Source of the DNA: a virus | Lineage: Duplodnaviria; Caudoviricetes | IMG/VR virus record: IMGVR_UViG_3300010042_000001 | Span: 1-63,118 of that record | Length of the DNA: 63,118 nucleotides | Strand: one strand, 5' to 3' | Shown: in pieces, positions 16,951 to 26,068 of the stretch | Layout of the letters: the number at the start of each line of letters is the position of its first letter | How positions within the stretch are numbered: the stretch's first letter is position 1 | Position numbers and translations under genes: made by a program | Notes under the pieces: generated by a model | What the model was told of the DNA's origin: nothing | The model's input: only the letters and a program-made list of their open reading frames with translations | The model's database searches: none

Positions 16951-17402
16951 TGGGGTTCCTCCGGCAGCTCTGCGCCGCTCTGGGCGACGTTGATGTAGCC
17001 CTGCAGCCAGGTCTCCTTGTGTCCCGCCTTGTGCAGCTCCTGGCGGGCCTTGAGCAGGCCGGCGAGCACAAGGCCCCAGTTGCCCCGGTTGATCTGCTCA
17101 GGCCCGGCATGCGCCCAGTCCGCGAGGCAGGTGATCGGCACGTCCGGCTGGGCGCCGAGGGACAGGAGCACGTAGTTGTCCTCCACCACAGACACCACAT
17201 TGAGTGCGTCCAACGTGTGCAGTCCGATGATCGTCCGCACGACCTCCAGGCCCGTGTGTCGGTTGGTCGTTTGGTCCCACTCCATCAGCCGCAGCAGATC
17301 GCCCACCTGGTAGTTGCGGTCGTTCTTGCGCAGCTCCCAGGTCTTGGTGCCGGCGATCACCTCGCGGAAATACGCGGGCCAGATTTTCAGTTCGTGGATC
17401 AT
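16947..17402 (-). CDS. DUF3850/ASCH (PUA-like) domain protein
   Basis: MIHELKIWPAYF..V..G.KTWELRKNDRNYQVGD.L.L.EW signature. Confidence 0.85.
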   Translation of the reverse strand: MIHELKIWPAYFREVIAGTKTWELRKNDRNYQVGDLLRLMEWDQTTNRHTGLEVVRTIIGLHTLDALNVVSVVEDNYVLLSLGAQPDVPITCLADWAHAGPEQINRGNWGLVLAGLLKARQELHKAGHKETWLQGYINVAQSGAELPEEPQ

Positions 17403-17854
17403 TGGGGTTCCTGCGGTGGGTTGGGTGCGGCGCAAGGCATGATGTGGGTGACCTCTCCCGCGTCGATGTACTGACCGGTGACGGACTGAAAGCAAGGCAG
17501 GCGGTCTGGCCAGCAGTAGACCTCTGGGATGTAGAAACCGATACGCGGCACCACAAACCCCAGTCCGAACATCCAGTACCTGGTATCGCGCGCGTCGATG
17601 TACTCCTTGGCCAGGCGCTCCACAACCTGTGGCGTCACCGTTTCCCACACCTCCGGCGGCCTCCAACCCAGCTTCTGCAGCGCCTCCCGCACGGCCTGGT
17701 CTTCGAGCGATACCAGCGTCTCTCGGTACTCGCGCACCTTGTCGTTGACCTTCTGCTGCAGAGTCACGACCACCTGGCCATCGACCACCGGGCCCACGGT
17801 GGTGTCGGCATGGAGCACAACGCCTTTTTGCAGGGGGTGATAGAAGTCCATCAC
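17399..17854 (-). CDS. Hypothetical protein
   Basis: Overlapping stop/start at both ends. Confidence 0.65.
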   Translation of the reverse strand: MMDFYHPLQKGVVLHADTTVGPVVDGQVVVTLQQKVNDKVREYRETLVSLEDQAVREALQKLGWRPPEVWETVTPQVVERLAKEYIDARDTRYWMFGLGFVVPRIGFYIPEVYCWPDRLPCFQSVTGQYIDAGEVTHIMPCAAPNPPQEPQ

Positions 17855-18321
17855 CGCGTCCGCCCGATGATCTGTTCGAAGCGTCCGGCCACTTCCGCGT
17901 TCACCTCGGCCTTGGCGGTGCTTTCCTCCGTGCCCTTGGCCCGGTGGTACGTCTCGTACTTGCGCAGCAGCGTGGCGGCCTCCTGCAGCGCCGCACGCGC
18001 TGTTACCAGCTCGCCCTCCAGGTCTTCGTTCCGCAGCCCCATGGCGGACATCATTTCCACCACTGCGTTGACCGAATCAGCGTAGACCTCGTGCTCGTGG
18101 TCTTCACCTGGCACTACGTCGAGCAGCACATTGGTTACCGACAGGGCTTCCAGCTCGTCGATGCGATTGAGCATGCAATGCACGATCTTGCTGAACTGGA
18201 ACCCCTGCAGCCCCGCCGGCCAGTGGTCGCCGTGGCGCCGCGCGTCCGTGATCAGACCACTGTCTGTGTTGCGGCTCAGTTGGTACTTGCCGTCCTCGAA
18301 TGAGTAGGTTTTGATTGCCAT
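17851..18321 (-). CDS. Hypothetical protein (ead/Ea22-like segment)
   Basis: AGGAG RBS before MAIKTYS; coiled-coil C-terminus. Confidence 0.6.
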   Translation of the reverse strand: MAIKTYSFEDGKYQLSRNTDSGLITDARRHGDHWPAGLQGFQFSKIVHCMLNRIDELEALSVTNVLLDVVPGEDHEHEVYADSVNAVVEMMSAMGLRNEDLEGELVTARAALQEAATLLRKYETYHRAKGTEESTAKAEVNAEVAGRFEQIIGRTR

Positions 18322-18394
18322 CTTGCTCTCCTGTTGATTGGTAAAGCCACCGAGGGCAAGGGTGCCCAGGTAGCCGAGTTGCACGGTGTCCATG

Positions 18395-18628
18395 TCAGTC
18401 GTCAGAATTGGCGTACTGGATTTCCTTGAGTTCCGATACGAGAGCTTTTGTCTCGTCTTCTACTTGCTCTTTCAAAGCCGCGACACGGGCGAGGCGGCGG
18501 GCCAGGCGCTGGTCCTTCTCGTCGGTTGACTGGGCCAGCCGGCGGCTATCGGCCAGCAGCTCACCGTGGTAGTCCCGCTCCAGGTTGTGCCGGATATCGG
18601 AGATATCGCTATTGGTGAGCATGCTCAT
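18395..18628 (-). CDS. Hypothetical protein
   Basis: AAGGAG RBS before MSMLTNS. Confidence 0.65.
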   Translation of the reverse strand: MSMLTNSDISDIRHNLERDYHGELLADSRRLAQSTDEKDQRLARRLARVAALKEQVEDETKALVSELKEIQYANSDD

Positions 18629-18990
18629 TCCGTCTTCTCCTTCAAACCAGCCGTCAGCCAGGTGCCGATGTTCAACACCGCCCGCATAGACGCGATCAGA
18701 TACCAACCCATGGCCGCGCAGAACACGACCCAGCCCCAGGTGATCCAGGTACTGGCCTTGCCCACAGCCGTGGCCTTCTGGTCGTGCCACTGTTGCGCTG
18801 TCGCATCCGCAAACGGTGACCGGCCAACCAGCACCCAGGTCAACCACGTGTAGAACAGCAGAAAGCCGATCAACAGGTACTGCAGGAACCAAGCGACGTT
18901 GTGCAGCCAAGGCCACGTGTCGTCGGTCATACAGAAGAACCACAGCGCATTCACAAGGAAATTGCTCACTAAAAACCAAGCACTTTTCAT
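18625..18990 (-). CDS. Multi-TM membrane protein
   Basis: GGAGG RBS; 3-4 Trp-rich hydrophobic segments. Confidence 0.7.
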   Translation of the reverse strand: MKSAWFLVSNFLVNALWFFCMTDDTWPWLHNVAWFLQYLLIGFLLFYTWLTWVLVGRSPFADATAQQWHDQKATAVGKASTWITWGWVVFCAAMGWYLIASMRAVLNIGTWLTAGLKEKTE

Positions 18991-19004
18991 TGACTACCTC
19001 CAGG

Positions 19005-19244
19005 TTAAAAAAGACCAGACTCCAACTCTTCCAGCGACAGAGGTATCTCTGCCACGTTGCGCTCCGGCTGGCCGCCAGTCGCCAACGAGATTGCATCCAG
19101 CATGGCCGCCCGAGGGGTGTATCCCTGGCCGAACACGTGGCCGTTGTTGACGCGCGCCGTCCAGCGCTTGAGGTTCGCGTCCCAGATGATCGTCCGCATG
19201 TACTCGATCAACTGCTCCGTGGGCAGCTCGTCGAACTTGATCAT
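19005..19244 (-). CDS. Hypothetical protein
   Basis: GGAGAG RBS. Confidence 0.65.
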   Translation of the reverse strand: MIKFDELPTEQLIEYMRTIIWDANLKRWTARVNNGHVFGQGYTPRAAMLDAISLATGGQPERNVAEIPLSLEELESGLF

Positions 19245-19309
19245 GGGTACTCTCCAAACAGTTCAAAATAATCAAACCGATACCGCCGCGCCGCCATCCA
19301 CATAGCAAG

Positions 19310-19645
19310 TCACGCGAAGCCTTCCACCTGCTGCGGCAAGGTTGTCACGTCCCGCACGCGGCCGGCGAGATCCAGCACCATCGGGTCCAAGCTCTGCGGC
19401 AGCACAGACAAGGACAGCAGCGTAAATTCGGCATAACGGGAGGGATACCGTTGTCCGAACAACATGCTGTACCGAGCCACCAGGGCGATGGCCACGTGCA
19501 ACGAGCACTCCACCGGCACGTAGAACGAAACCAGGGTCTCGTATCTGCTGCTGGGCTCTGTCCCGAGACGCATAGCCTCCGCTCGGCCAGCGCTACTCGC
19601 GCCACCGTTCTCGCGGTAGAGCAAAAGCATTGGGACGCCGCTCAT
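19310..19645 (-). CDS. Hypothetical protein
   Basis: ATGA-coupled MSGVPML. Confidence 0.55.
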   Translation of the reverse strand: MSGVPMLLLYRENGGASSAGRAEAMRLGTEPSSRYETLVSFYVPVECSLHVAIALVARYSMLFGQRYPSRYAEFTLLSLSVLPQSLDPMVLDLAGRVRDVTTLPQQVEGFA

Positions 19646-19857
19646 GCTGTGTCCCCCGGCACCAGGTGCCCATAGCCCTGCTTGCGCGCCTCGTCGTAGG
19701 ACACCCACAGGTAGTAGTGCTGTCCACGGCTGTTGACCACGTAGGCCCCGTTGTGCTTCTCGAAGATGCGGATCTGCTTACCGTGCTTGATCGTCTCGCG
19801 CAGGTCGCCGCACTTCGGACGTGGCCGCTGCCGGCCCGCCAGCACGTGGAGCCTCAT
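19642..19857 (-). CDS. Hypothetical protein
   Basis: ATGA-coupled MRLHVLA. Confidence 0.55.
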   Translation of the reverse strand: MRLHVLAGRQRPRPKCGDLRETIKHGKQIRIFEKHNGAYVVNSRGQHYYLWVSYDEARKQGYGHLVPGDTA

Positions 19858-20204
19858 GGCTTCGCCCCCAGAGTGGCCAGGTGCGCTACCAGCAGCGCGT
19901 GAGACTCCGCACGCCCGTGGCGGTTCTCGCCGTTGACTCGGTTTTCTTCGGCCCATCGGCGCACGACCGAGTAGAGATCCCAGAGCTGCTTGTCGGACCA
20001 ATCGGCCGCCTGCACCGGCTCCTTTGGCTTCACCTGCTCGCGCACCTCGGCCAGCAGCGTCTCGATGGGGTTGGTGTAATCCCCGCCCATCGAGTGCAAG
20101 CCGCGTGTCACCTGCAGCTCGCGGATCTCGTGCCCGTGGCCATTGATCGCGTTGAGCAACTGGATCAGGGCGTTGCGGTCAACGGTAAGTTTTTCGGCGG
20201 CCAT
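19854..20204 (-). CDS. Hypothetical protein
   Basis: GAAGGG RBS before MAAEKLT. Confidence 0.6.
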   Translation of the reverse strand: MAAEKLTVDRNALIQLLNAINGHGHEIRELQVTRGLHSMGGDYTNPIETLLAEVREQVKPKEPVQAADWSDKQLWDLYSVVRRWAEENRVNGENRHGRAESHALLVAHLATLGAKP

Positions 20205-20206
20205 GG

Positions 20207-20827
20207 TCAACCCTTCCAATCGATGGCGTCGGCCACGGGCGCGTCGGCCGGCCACTGGACCTTGAACGCTTCGACCGTGGGCGGGGTGAGCGTCGCGTTG
20301 ATCGTGAAGGTGGTGCCTTGCTGATTGGTGCTCTCGACCTTCAACGAAGGCCGGTTGATCAACTCGACCAGCTTCTCGCTGATCTTGCCCCAGTCGCTCT
20401 TGAGCGGCAGGCCCAGCAGCACCATCGTGTCGCCCAGCACGGCGTCTTGCTTTGCCTTCGCATGCTCCAGGTCATGCACCATGGCTCTCACGTCGGACAA
20501 GCGCACCAACTGGTCAGCCTTGTCCGGCCCGGCGCCCATGACCGCTACGTGTCGCGCCTCTACCGGTGAGTCTTTATGGTATGGCACGTGGTCCAGGTGC
20601 GCCACCACGGGCAGTTTGTCTGCCTCCGGGTAGTTAGTGTTCTTCGGCCGGATAGTCACCCCGTTCTCGTCGCAGTGCTGTTGGGTCAAGCGCACCGCGA
20701 ATCCCACGATCTGCTCAGGGTTACCCTGGAGCATTATCACTTCGGTATCGGGCTTGGTTCGGTATCCATAAAGGACGCCCTTCACGCGCGCCAACCCACA
20801 GATGCTATCGAAACTCAGCATTGTCAT
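20207..20827 (-). CDS. Hypothetical protein
   Basis: GGAGG RBS; 206 aa. Confidence 0.7.
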   Translation of the reverse strand: MTMLSFDSICGLARVKGVLYGYRTKPDTEVIMLQGNPEQIVGFAVRLTQQHCDENGVTIRPKNTNYPEADKLPVVAHLDHVPYHKDSPVEARHVAVMGAGPDKADQLVRLSDVRAMVHDLEHAKAKQDAVLGDTMVLLGLPLKSDWGKISEKLVELINRPSLKVESTNQQGTTFTINATLTPPTVEAFKVQWPADAPVADAIDWKG

Positions 20828-20853
20828 TTTTACCTCCAGGTAAAGAGTCTTTA

Positions 20854-20988
20854 CTATTCGCTGTCGTCGTCCGTCGTATGGAACAACCAGGCGAGCAAGG
20901 CCAGCAGTGCGACGAACGCCAGGCCGAGCCCGAGGATCGAGGCCATGGTGTACATGGCATCCCAGGCGTAGACGAGTTCAGCGGCCAC
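20854..20988 (-). CDS. 44-aa single-TM protein
   Basis: GAGGTG RBS; ILGLGLAFVALLALLAWLF; acidic tail. Confidence 0.55.
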   Translation of the reverse strand: MAAELVYAWDAMYTMASILGLGLAFVALLALLAWLFHTTDDDSE

Positions 20989-21391
20989 TGATCACCTCGC
21001 GCAGCAAAGCGGTGAAGTAGATAGCCCGCTCCTGCGAGACGTTGGCCACGGCCAAGGCGGCGACCTCTTCGGCCGTCAAGAAACCGATGGGTTGATCTCG
21101 GAAACGGGTTTCCCACAACGCGAAGGCAGCAGCAAACTGCACATGGATCGACTTCTCGTTTTCCGGCACCACGTTCAGGCGGCCAGCTTCCGCCAACGCG
21201 ATCAGCAGAACCGACCGCACGTTGTGGATAGTCGGCTTTTTGTCGCCCATGTTCATGGTCTCTGCAGCTCGGTCGAGCGCCATCACGAATTTTGGGTCTT
21301 CGTCCGTCAGCGCCTGGAAAGTCGAGTGCATCAGCTCGCCGTCCATGGCCAGTTGCTCGATGCCGATGGTCCGGTAAATGTCGTTGCTCAT
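20978..21391 (-). CDS. Hypothetical protein
   Basis: GAGGT RBS. Confidence 0.7.
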   Translation of the reverse strand: MSNDIYRTIGIEQLAMDGELMHSTFQALTDEDPKFVMALDRAAETMNMGDKKPTIHNVRSVLLIALAEAGRLNVVPENEKSIHVQFAAAFALWETRFRDQPIGFLTAEEVAALAVANVSQERAIYFTALLREVISGR

Positions 21392-21407
21392 GGGTTACCT
21401 CGGTAGG

Positions 21408-21674
21408 TCAGGTGGGTGGAACATCGCACGCGCACATCGTGGCCAGCACCTCGACGGTGATGGCTGCTGTGCCGTGCTTTTTGGAAATCGTCGCCGACGC
21501 CGCTGCGATCTTGCTGGCCAGGTCGGCTCGGCAGGACCGGCGGTTACAGCCGGCCAGTTGGTAGAGGTAGGCAACCGTGGTGCCCGCCTCGGTAGCGAAC
21601 TCTTGTCGCTTGGCGTCAGTGCCCAGGTCTCGCAAGAGAGCCAGGAGCGGGGTGGTGGGTGGTGTATTGCGCAT
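21408..21674 (-). CDS. Cro-like HTH regulator
   Basis: RQEFATEAGTTVAYLYQLAG..R......LA..I (Cro/YdaS-like); two operator-motif copies directly upstream. Confidence 0.8.
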   Translation of the reverse strand: MRNTPPTTPLLALLRDLGTDAKRQEFATEAGTTVAYLYQLAGCNRRSCRADLASKIAAASATISKKHGTAAITVEVLATMCACDVPPT

Positions 21675-21880
21675 GGAAAGTATTTTCGCATACGCTAAAA
21701 AACTTTGCAACGCTAAAAATCGTTTTCTTCGCTCTCGCGCTGCACATACCCCATGTTGAACCCCACCCATGCCGCCTCGAATTGATGCACGCCATAGGCG
21801 CCAGACGGATCTCGCCAGAAGAGAGCGGCCATGGTGGGGTCGCCTTCTGCACCTGGTTGCTGCCACCCTTGATCCTTGAG

Positions 21881-22258
21881 CTAGAGAAACCGGCGGAACA
21901 TTTCCCGCTCGAAGTCGGCACGCCGCGCCTCTGCCACCTGGGTGGGCTGCAGGCGTTTGGGGCCATGGTGCTCGATCAACGCCAGCAATCGGCACCGCAT
22001 CCCTTGCCGCAGCCCACGCAAGAGCTGGACATGTTGCGGCCGGTACTCCGTGTAACCCTGCGTCGGTATGAACAGACTTTCTTTGGCATACAAGGCCAGG
22101 GGCACCCAATCGTGCACACCATACCGGTGCAGATCCACCCGCACACGGGCCACGCGCGGCTCTGCCACGAGCGTCATGGTCCACAGCGTGCCGCCGGCCT
22201 GAACCTCGCGTTTGTTGTGGGGGTGCAGGCAGTAGAAGGGCTTGGGATCGAACTTCAT
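21881..22258 (-). CDS. Hypothetical protein; frame continues 55 codons past an in-frame TAG
   Basis: ATGA-coupled start; open frame from 21880 to 21716. Confidence 0.6.
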   Translation of the reverse strand: MKFDPKPFYCLHPHNKREVQAGGTLWTMTLVAEPRVARVRVDLHRYGVHDWVPLALYAKESLFIPTQGYTEYRPQHVQLLRGLRQGMRCRLLALIEHHGPKRLQPTQVAEARRADFEREMFRRFL

Positions 22259-22443
22259 GGGCGTTGCTCCGCAATAGGTGTGTTCAGGAACTCGGAGTGG
22301 TTGGCCTTCAGCGTGGCCAGGCGTTGCTGGTAGTCCTCGTGCCTTGCCGGGTCGTTCTCGTCCAGTTTGCGCTCGAAAAAGTCGATGCGCTCCAGCAAAG
22401 ATCGGTTGCGCTCAAGCACCCACAGCACGTCAGCGGGTGTCAT
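22255..22443 (-). CDS. Hypothetical protein
   Basis: ATGA overlaps. Confidence 0.6.
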   Translation of the reverse strand: MTPADVLWVLERNRSLLERIDFFERKLDENDPARHEDYQQRLATLKANHSEFLNTPIAEQRP

Positions 22444-22868
22444 CGCAACGCCACCTTGCCCAGGACCACCAGCACCAGCACGACCACGGAGCCCACGATC
22501 AGCCAGTCGTACCAGTTCACGCGGCCTCTTGTCTCCGGGTCGGGTTGCGGGTATGGGTTTCGGCTCAAACAACCGGGCTCGGTAGTGTTCTCGGAACCCC
22601 AGATATAGCTGCATCGGAGGCAGGCCGCTATCGTCCCGGTGGTGCCAACGCCAATCGCTTCGCAGTGCGTTGGTCTGCCGTCCGCTTTTCGGATTGCCGT
22701 GCGAGGATACCGACGCGGGGGAAACACCGGGTAGTGCGGGTCCATGTACGGGGCGCCCAGCTCCGGCACCATACCGACTTGCCGCGCTTGCCCCCTGGCC
22801 GCCTCTCTGGCGCCTTTCCAGCGTTCGTCTTCAACCCGCTGTTCGTTGACCAGTTGCACCGTGGTCAT
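22440..22868 (-). CDS. Hypothetical protein with C-terminal TM
   Basis: Ends WLIVGSVVVLVLVVLGK; start uncertain. Confidence 0.55.
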   Translation of the reverse strand: MTTVQLVNEQRVEDERWKGAREAARGQARQVGMVPELGAPYMDPHYPVFPPRRYPRTAIRKADGRPTHCEAIGVGTTGTIAACLRCSYIWGSENTTEPGCLSRNPYPQPDPETRGRVNWYDWLIVGSVVVLVLVVLGKVALR

Positions 22869-22897
22869 CAACTGCATCCGCTTTTTCGATACTGCTC

Positions 22898-23263
22898 TCA
22901 AAATAGTTCTCCTTGCGGCGCCCACATATCGGGCCACCAGAAATTGCCCTTGCGAGCGTTGGCCAACCAGTCGATCACCTGGAGGTTGGCAGGCACATGC
23001 AGGCCGCACACATACGGGCTGATCTTCGGCACGATGTGATCTACCACGTGCAGTCGGTCAGTGGCACGGGTGCGCGTCTTGGCCTCCCGGTAGAACGCCT
23101 TGATCGCGGCCATGTCTGCCCACGCTGGTGTAGCGCGCACCGTCTGGGCCCTATGCACGATCCCCTCCTTGCCCTTCGGCCGCAGCAGCGGGCGCCGGTG
23201 GTCCGGTGGGGCGAACAGAGGCCCCATGCAGAAGCCGTCGAGGTCGAGGGGCTGTTGGGTCAT
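22898..23263 (-). CDS. HNH endonuclease-like protein
   Basis: ATPAWAD...HVVDHIVP...VCGLHVPANLQVI....N..KGN. Confidence 0.85.
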   Translation of the reverse strand: MTQQPLDLDGFCMGPLFAPPDHRRPLLRPKGKEGIVHRAQTVRATPAWADMAAIKAFYREAKTRTRATDRLHVVDHIVPKISPYVCGLHVPANLQVIDWLANARKGNFWWPDMWAPQGELF

Positions 23264-23799
23264 TCGGTCCTTTTCCCTTGCCTCGCTGCGGTGGTGTTGA
23301 ACTCGTCGTTGGTGATCTTGCCACTGGCCAAGCCCATCAGTAAATTGCGCCCATTCTCGGCACCTTCCGAATAGGCGTGGTCCATACCCTTGGCTATGGC
23401 CGTGAACAGGTCCGCGAACTTCTTGGCCAGGAGCGGGTCCATGTGCCGGTAGGTCGCCCAACTGCTCTCTCGCTGTCCAGGCCACAGGTCTTTCACCTCG
23501 CTGCCGGGGTAGCCAAGCACCGGCGTGCTGACCGCGTTGGACAGAACGAGCAGCGCACCTCGGATCGTTTTGGTCTCGTCCTTTTCACGCGGTTCGTGCA
23601 TCAGGTATGGCAGGGCATACGCGACCTCGCGAGCGCGCACGACACCGGTGCCCCGCTCCGCAGCAGCCTTGCGTTCCTTGGCCATCTTCTGCGCCTCACT
23701 CAGCGCCGCCTGGCAGTCCTGGCACAGCCCATCCTTGGGCCGGCCGAACGTGCTTCCGCACCCATGGCACGGGGCCTTGGTGTAGCCGGCCCGTGTCAT
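23260..23799 (-). CDS. Hypothetical protein with N-terminal Zn finger
   Basis: CHGC...CQDC. Confidence 0.7.
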   Translation of the reverse strand: MTRAGYTKAPCHGCGSTFGRPKDGLCQDCQAALSEAQKMAKERKAAAERGTGVVRAREVAYALPYLMHEPREKDETKTIRGALLVLSNAVSTPVLGYPGSEVKDLWPGQRESSWATYRHMDPLLAKKFADLFTAIAKGMDHAYSEGAENGRNLLMGLASGKITNDEFNTTAARQGKRTE

Positions 23800-24659
23800 T
23801 GCGCCACGTCATTGAGCAACAACGCCTGTGCCAGGCTGCGCAGATCCGTGTGCTCGCCCAGCCCCTCGGGGAACACCAGGGTGGTCTCGCCCAGCATGCC
23901 CTCGTCCAGCTTGCAGTGCAGCACCATCACGCGGAACAAGGTGGCGTCCTCTTCGAGCTTCGCGAGCGCGGCTTTCTTTGCCGCCTTCTGGTCTTGCTGC
24001 AGCACGCCGGCCGTGACCTTGCCTTTTGGCGCCGTCTTGAGCGCGGCCTTGACCACCTGGCCGGCTTTCTCGCCATGCTTTTTCACCACCTTGACCGCCT
24101 CGGTGGCCGTGATCTTTTTGTCCTTGACCAGCTTTTTCAAGTCGCTGTTGGCGTCGCCCAGCTTCATGAGGTTGCGGATCTGCGGCGCCTTGATATCGGC
24201 AGCGACGGCGATCTGCTCAGGCGACCAGCCGAAGGCACGCAGGCGCTTGTAGCCCTCGGCCACCTCCAGCGGGTCGAGCGGCTTGCCCTTGGCGCTGGTG
24301 AGGATGCGCAAGGTGCGGTCGGCGTCACTGCCCTCGAAAGGGACGACGTGAATCCAGTTCTTGCCGTCCTTGGGGTTGGTGATCGGTGCGCCTTCCGACA
24401 GGGCCAGGAGCAGCGCACGGCGACGACGGTGGCCATCCACCACGAACACACCGCCCTCGTCCCGTGGCCGCACCTCCAGCGCCGGGTACTTGCCGCCGCG
24501 CTTGATGTGGTCGGCCAGGTCGCGGATCGAGGCGTCCAGGTCTTCACCTTCGGCCCGCAGGTTGAACCCTGGTTCCTCGTGGATGTTCTCCAGTTCGACC
24601 TGGTTCGCATCGGCGCGCTTGACCACGCCAGCGGCTTGCATTTGCTTGAAAGATGCCAT
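23796..24659 (-). CDS. ParB/Srx-like domain protein
   Basis: EEPGFNLR, VVDGHRRRRA, then HTH (GWSPEQIA). Confidence 0.85.
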   Translation of the reverse strand: MASFKQMQAAGVVKRADANQVELENIHEEPGFNLRAEGEDLDASIRDLADHIKRGGKYPALEVRPRDEGGVFVVDGHRRRRALLLALSEGAPITNPKDGKNWIHVVPFEGSDADRTLRILTSAKGKPLDPLEVAEGYKRLRAFGWSPEQIAVAADIKAPQIRNLMKLGDANSDLKKLVKDKKITATEAVKVVKKHGEKAGQVVKAALKTAPKGKVTAGVLQQDQKAAKKAALAKLEEDATLFRVMVLHCKLDEGMLGETTLVFPEGLGEHTDLRSLAQALLLNDVAQ

Positions 24660-24660
24660 T

Positions 24661-24975
24661 TCACTTACCTCGTTTCGTTGCTGTGAATTCCGTTACCACG
24701 GTTGTTTCGGGTGCGGGGTTGTTGGTGTAGGAAAATTTGCCCGTGGTGTAGTCCACAAAGCCGACCTCCTGGCCCGACTCGGTTACCAGGATGCCCTCGC
24801 CGTTGTCGGTGATCCTGCCCATTGCTGGGTCGTGGATCACCAGTCGGCCAACGGCATCAGTCTCGCCTTGCAGACCTTCACGCAGACGCATGCTGGCGTC
24901 CACCACGACAGGCTTTGGGCCCTTGTTCACCTGGCTCCAAAGCCCGCCCCGTGGCGGTCCGCTGCGGCGGCCCAT
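24661..24975 (-). CDS. Hypothetical protein
   Basis: TGATG-coupled start; AAGGAG RBS. Confidence 0.6.
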   Translation of the reverse strand: MGRRSGPPRGGLWSQVNKGPKPVVVDASMRLREGLQGETDAVGRLVIHDPAMGRITDNGEGILVTESGQEVGFVDYTTGKFSYTNNPAPETTVVTEFTATKRGK

Positions 24976-25517
24976 CAACCTTCTCCTTCGGGAATGTCCA
25001 GATACACGCGCCACGGGATGAAACCGTGCTCTGTCTGGAAACCCCAGGTGTGCTGCCACTCGCCGGTAATGAACAAGGTCCACACACCACCAGGGCTCAC
25101 CCCCTCGATGCTGTGGAACGTGCTGGCTTCCAAGCCCACCACGTCGCCTGCGCTGCGTCGGTAGAGCTGGCCATCGGCACGGCGCTCGTCGTACCAACCG
25201 GCGAGGATGATCGACACGGCATCCCACGGATGGTTGTGCAAGTGCCGGTCGCTGTCGGGCCGCATGATGTGGTGTACACGCGCCGATGGGCGAGCCGGGT
25301 CAAACGGTATCCGACCCGGCACCGCGACCTTGGCAGGTTCTGGGTTGTAAAGCCACCAGCGTTCCATGTACACCTCGCCCGTCTTTGGGTCGGTGATGGG
25401 GAAATATGGCGTCTGCTGGGCCTTGCCGATGATGACGTTGCACAAGGCCGGCGACTTGGCTGCGGCCCCAACACAGGCCCACTGCAGTGGGGTCAAAAGC
25501 GTGAACGGGTTACGCAT
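24975..25517 (-). CDS. Cupin-fold protein
   Basis: HHI..PDSDRHLHNHPW....IL.GWY.E ... FHSI ... WTLFITG....WGF. Confidence 0.7.
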   Translation of the reverse strand: MRNPFTLLTPLQWACVGAAAKSPALCNVIIGKAQQTPYFPITDPKTGEVYMERWWLYNPEPAKVAVPGRIPFDPARPSARVHHIMRPDSDRHLHNHPWDAVSIILAGWYDERRADGQLYRRSAGDVVGLEASTFHSIEGVSPGGVWTLFITGEWQHTWGFQTEHGFIPWRVYLDIPEGEG

Positions 25518-25725
25518 GCTCTGGCTCCCAGCAGTAGGTGATTTCGTCGGCCATCACTTCGGCGTGCAGGGCACCCGGTTTGGTGAACACGAAGCCAGGG
25601 GCATGGTCTACGACTACGGGGATACCACCTTCGACCATGAGCTGCTTGGTGTGCTTCGCCAGAGCACACCCGGTGCCCAGCGGCACCTCGGCCAACTGGC
25701 CGGCGGTAACTTGCACTCGGATCAT
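25510..25725 (-). CDS. Hypothetical protein
   Basis: GGAGAGG RBS; ATGA overlap. Confidence 0.6.
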   Translation of the reverse strand: MIRVQVTAGQLAEVPLGTGCALAKHTKQLMVEGGIPVVVDHAPGFVFTKPGALHAEVMADEITYCWEPEHA

Positions 25726-26042
25726 TGGGCCTCTCCGTTGTAGATGTACTCCGCGAAGATGCCGAACTCGCGCGGCTTGCCGGTCTTGGCGTTCTGCACG
25801 TGGATCGAGAGGTAGCCGTTCTTTGTGCCGATGCGGGTCACGCGGCCGGTGACGGGCTCGCGTTCACCCAAGGGATCTTCGACGGTCACGACCGAGCCCA
25901 CGGGGTACTCCAGCACGGCCTGGTTGTGGAGCATGGTCTGGATCGTGGCCACCTTCTCCAGCAGGGCGACCATGGTCGGTGATGCGTTGTGGCCCAGTTT
26001 GGTTTGCTGGTACTGCTTGACTGCACGGGTGTTGGTGCTCAT
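25722..26042 (-). CDS. Hypothetical protein
   Basis: AGGAG RBS. Confidence 0.7.
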   Translation of the reverse strand: MSTNTRAVKQYQQTKLGHNASPTMVALLEKVATIQTMLHNQAVLEYPVGSVVTVEDPLGEREPVTGRVTRIGTKNGYLSIHVQNAKTGKPREFGIFAEYIYNGEAQ

Positions 26043-26068
26043 GGTGGTTCTCCTGGTCAGTGGGTTGG

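Noticed and set aside
16948-17412. Repeated CATTGGGGTTCCT at two gene junctions
   Set aside because: Explained by a shared RBS plus ATGA coupling; too short to call a mobile-element end.
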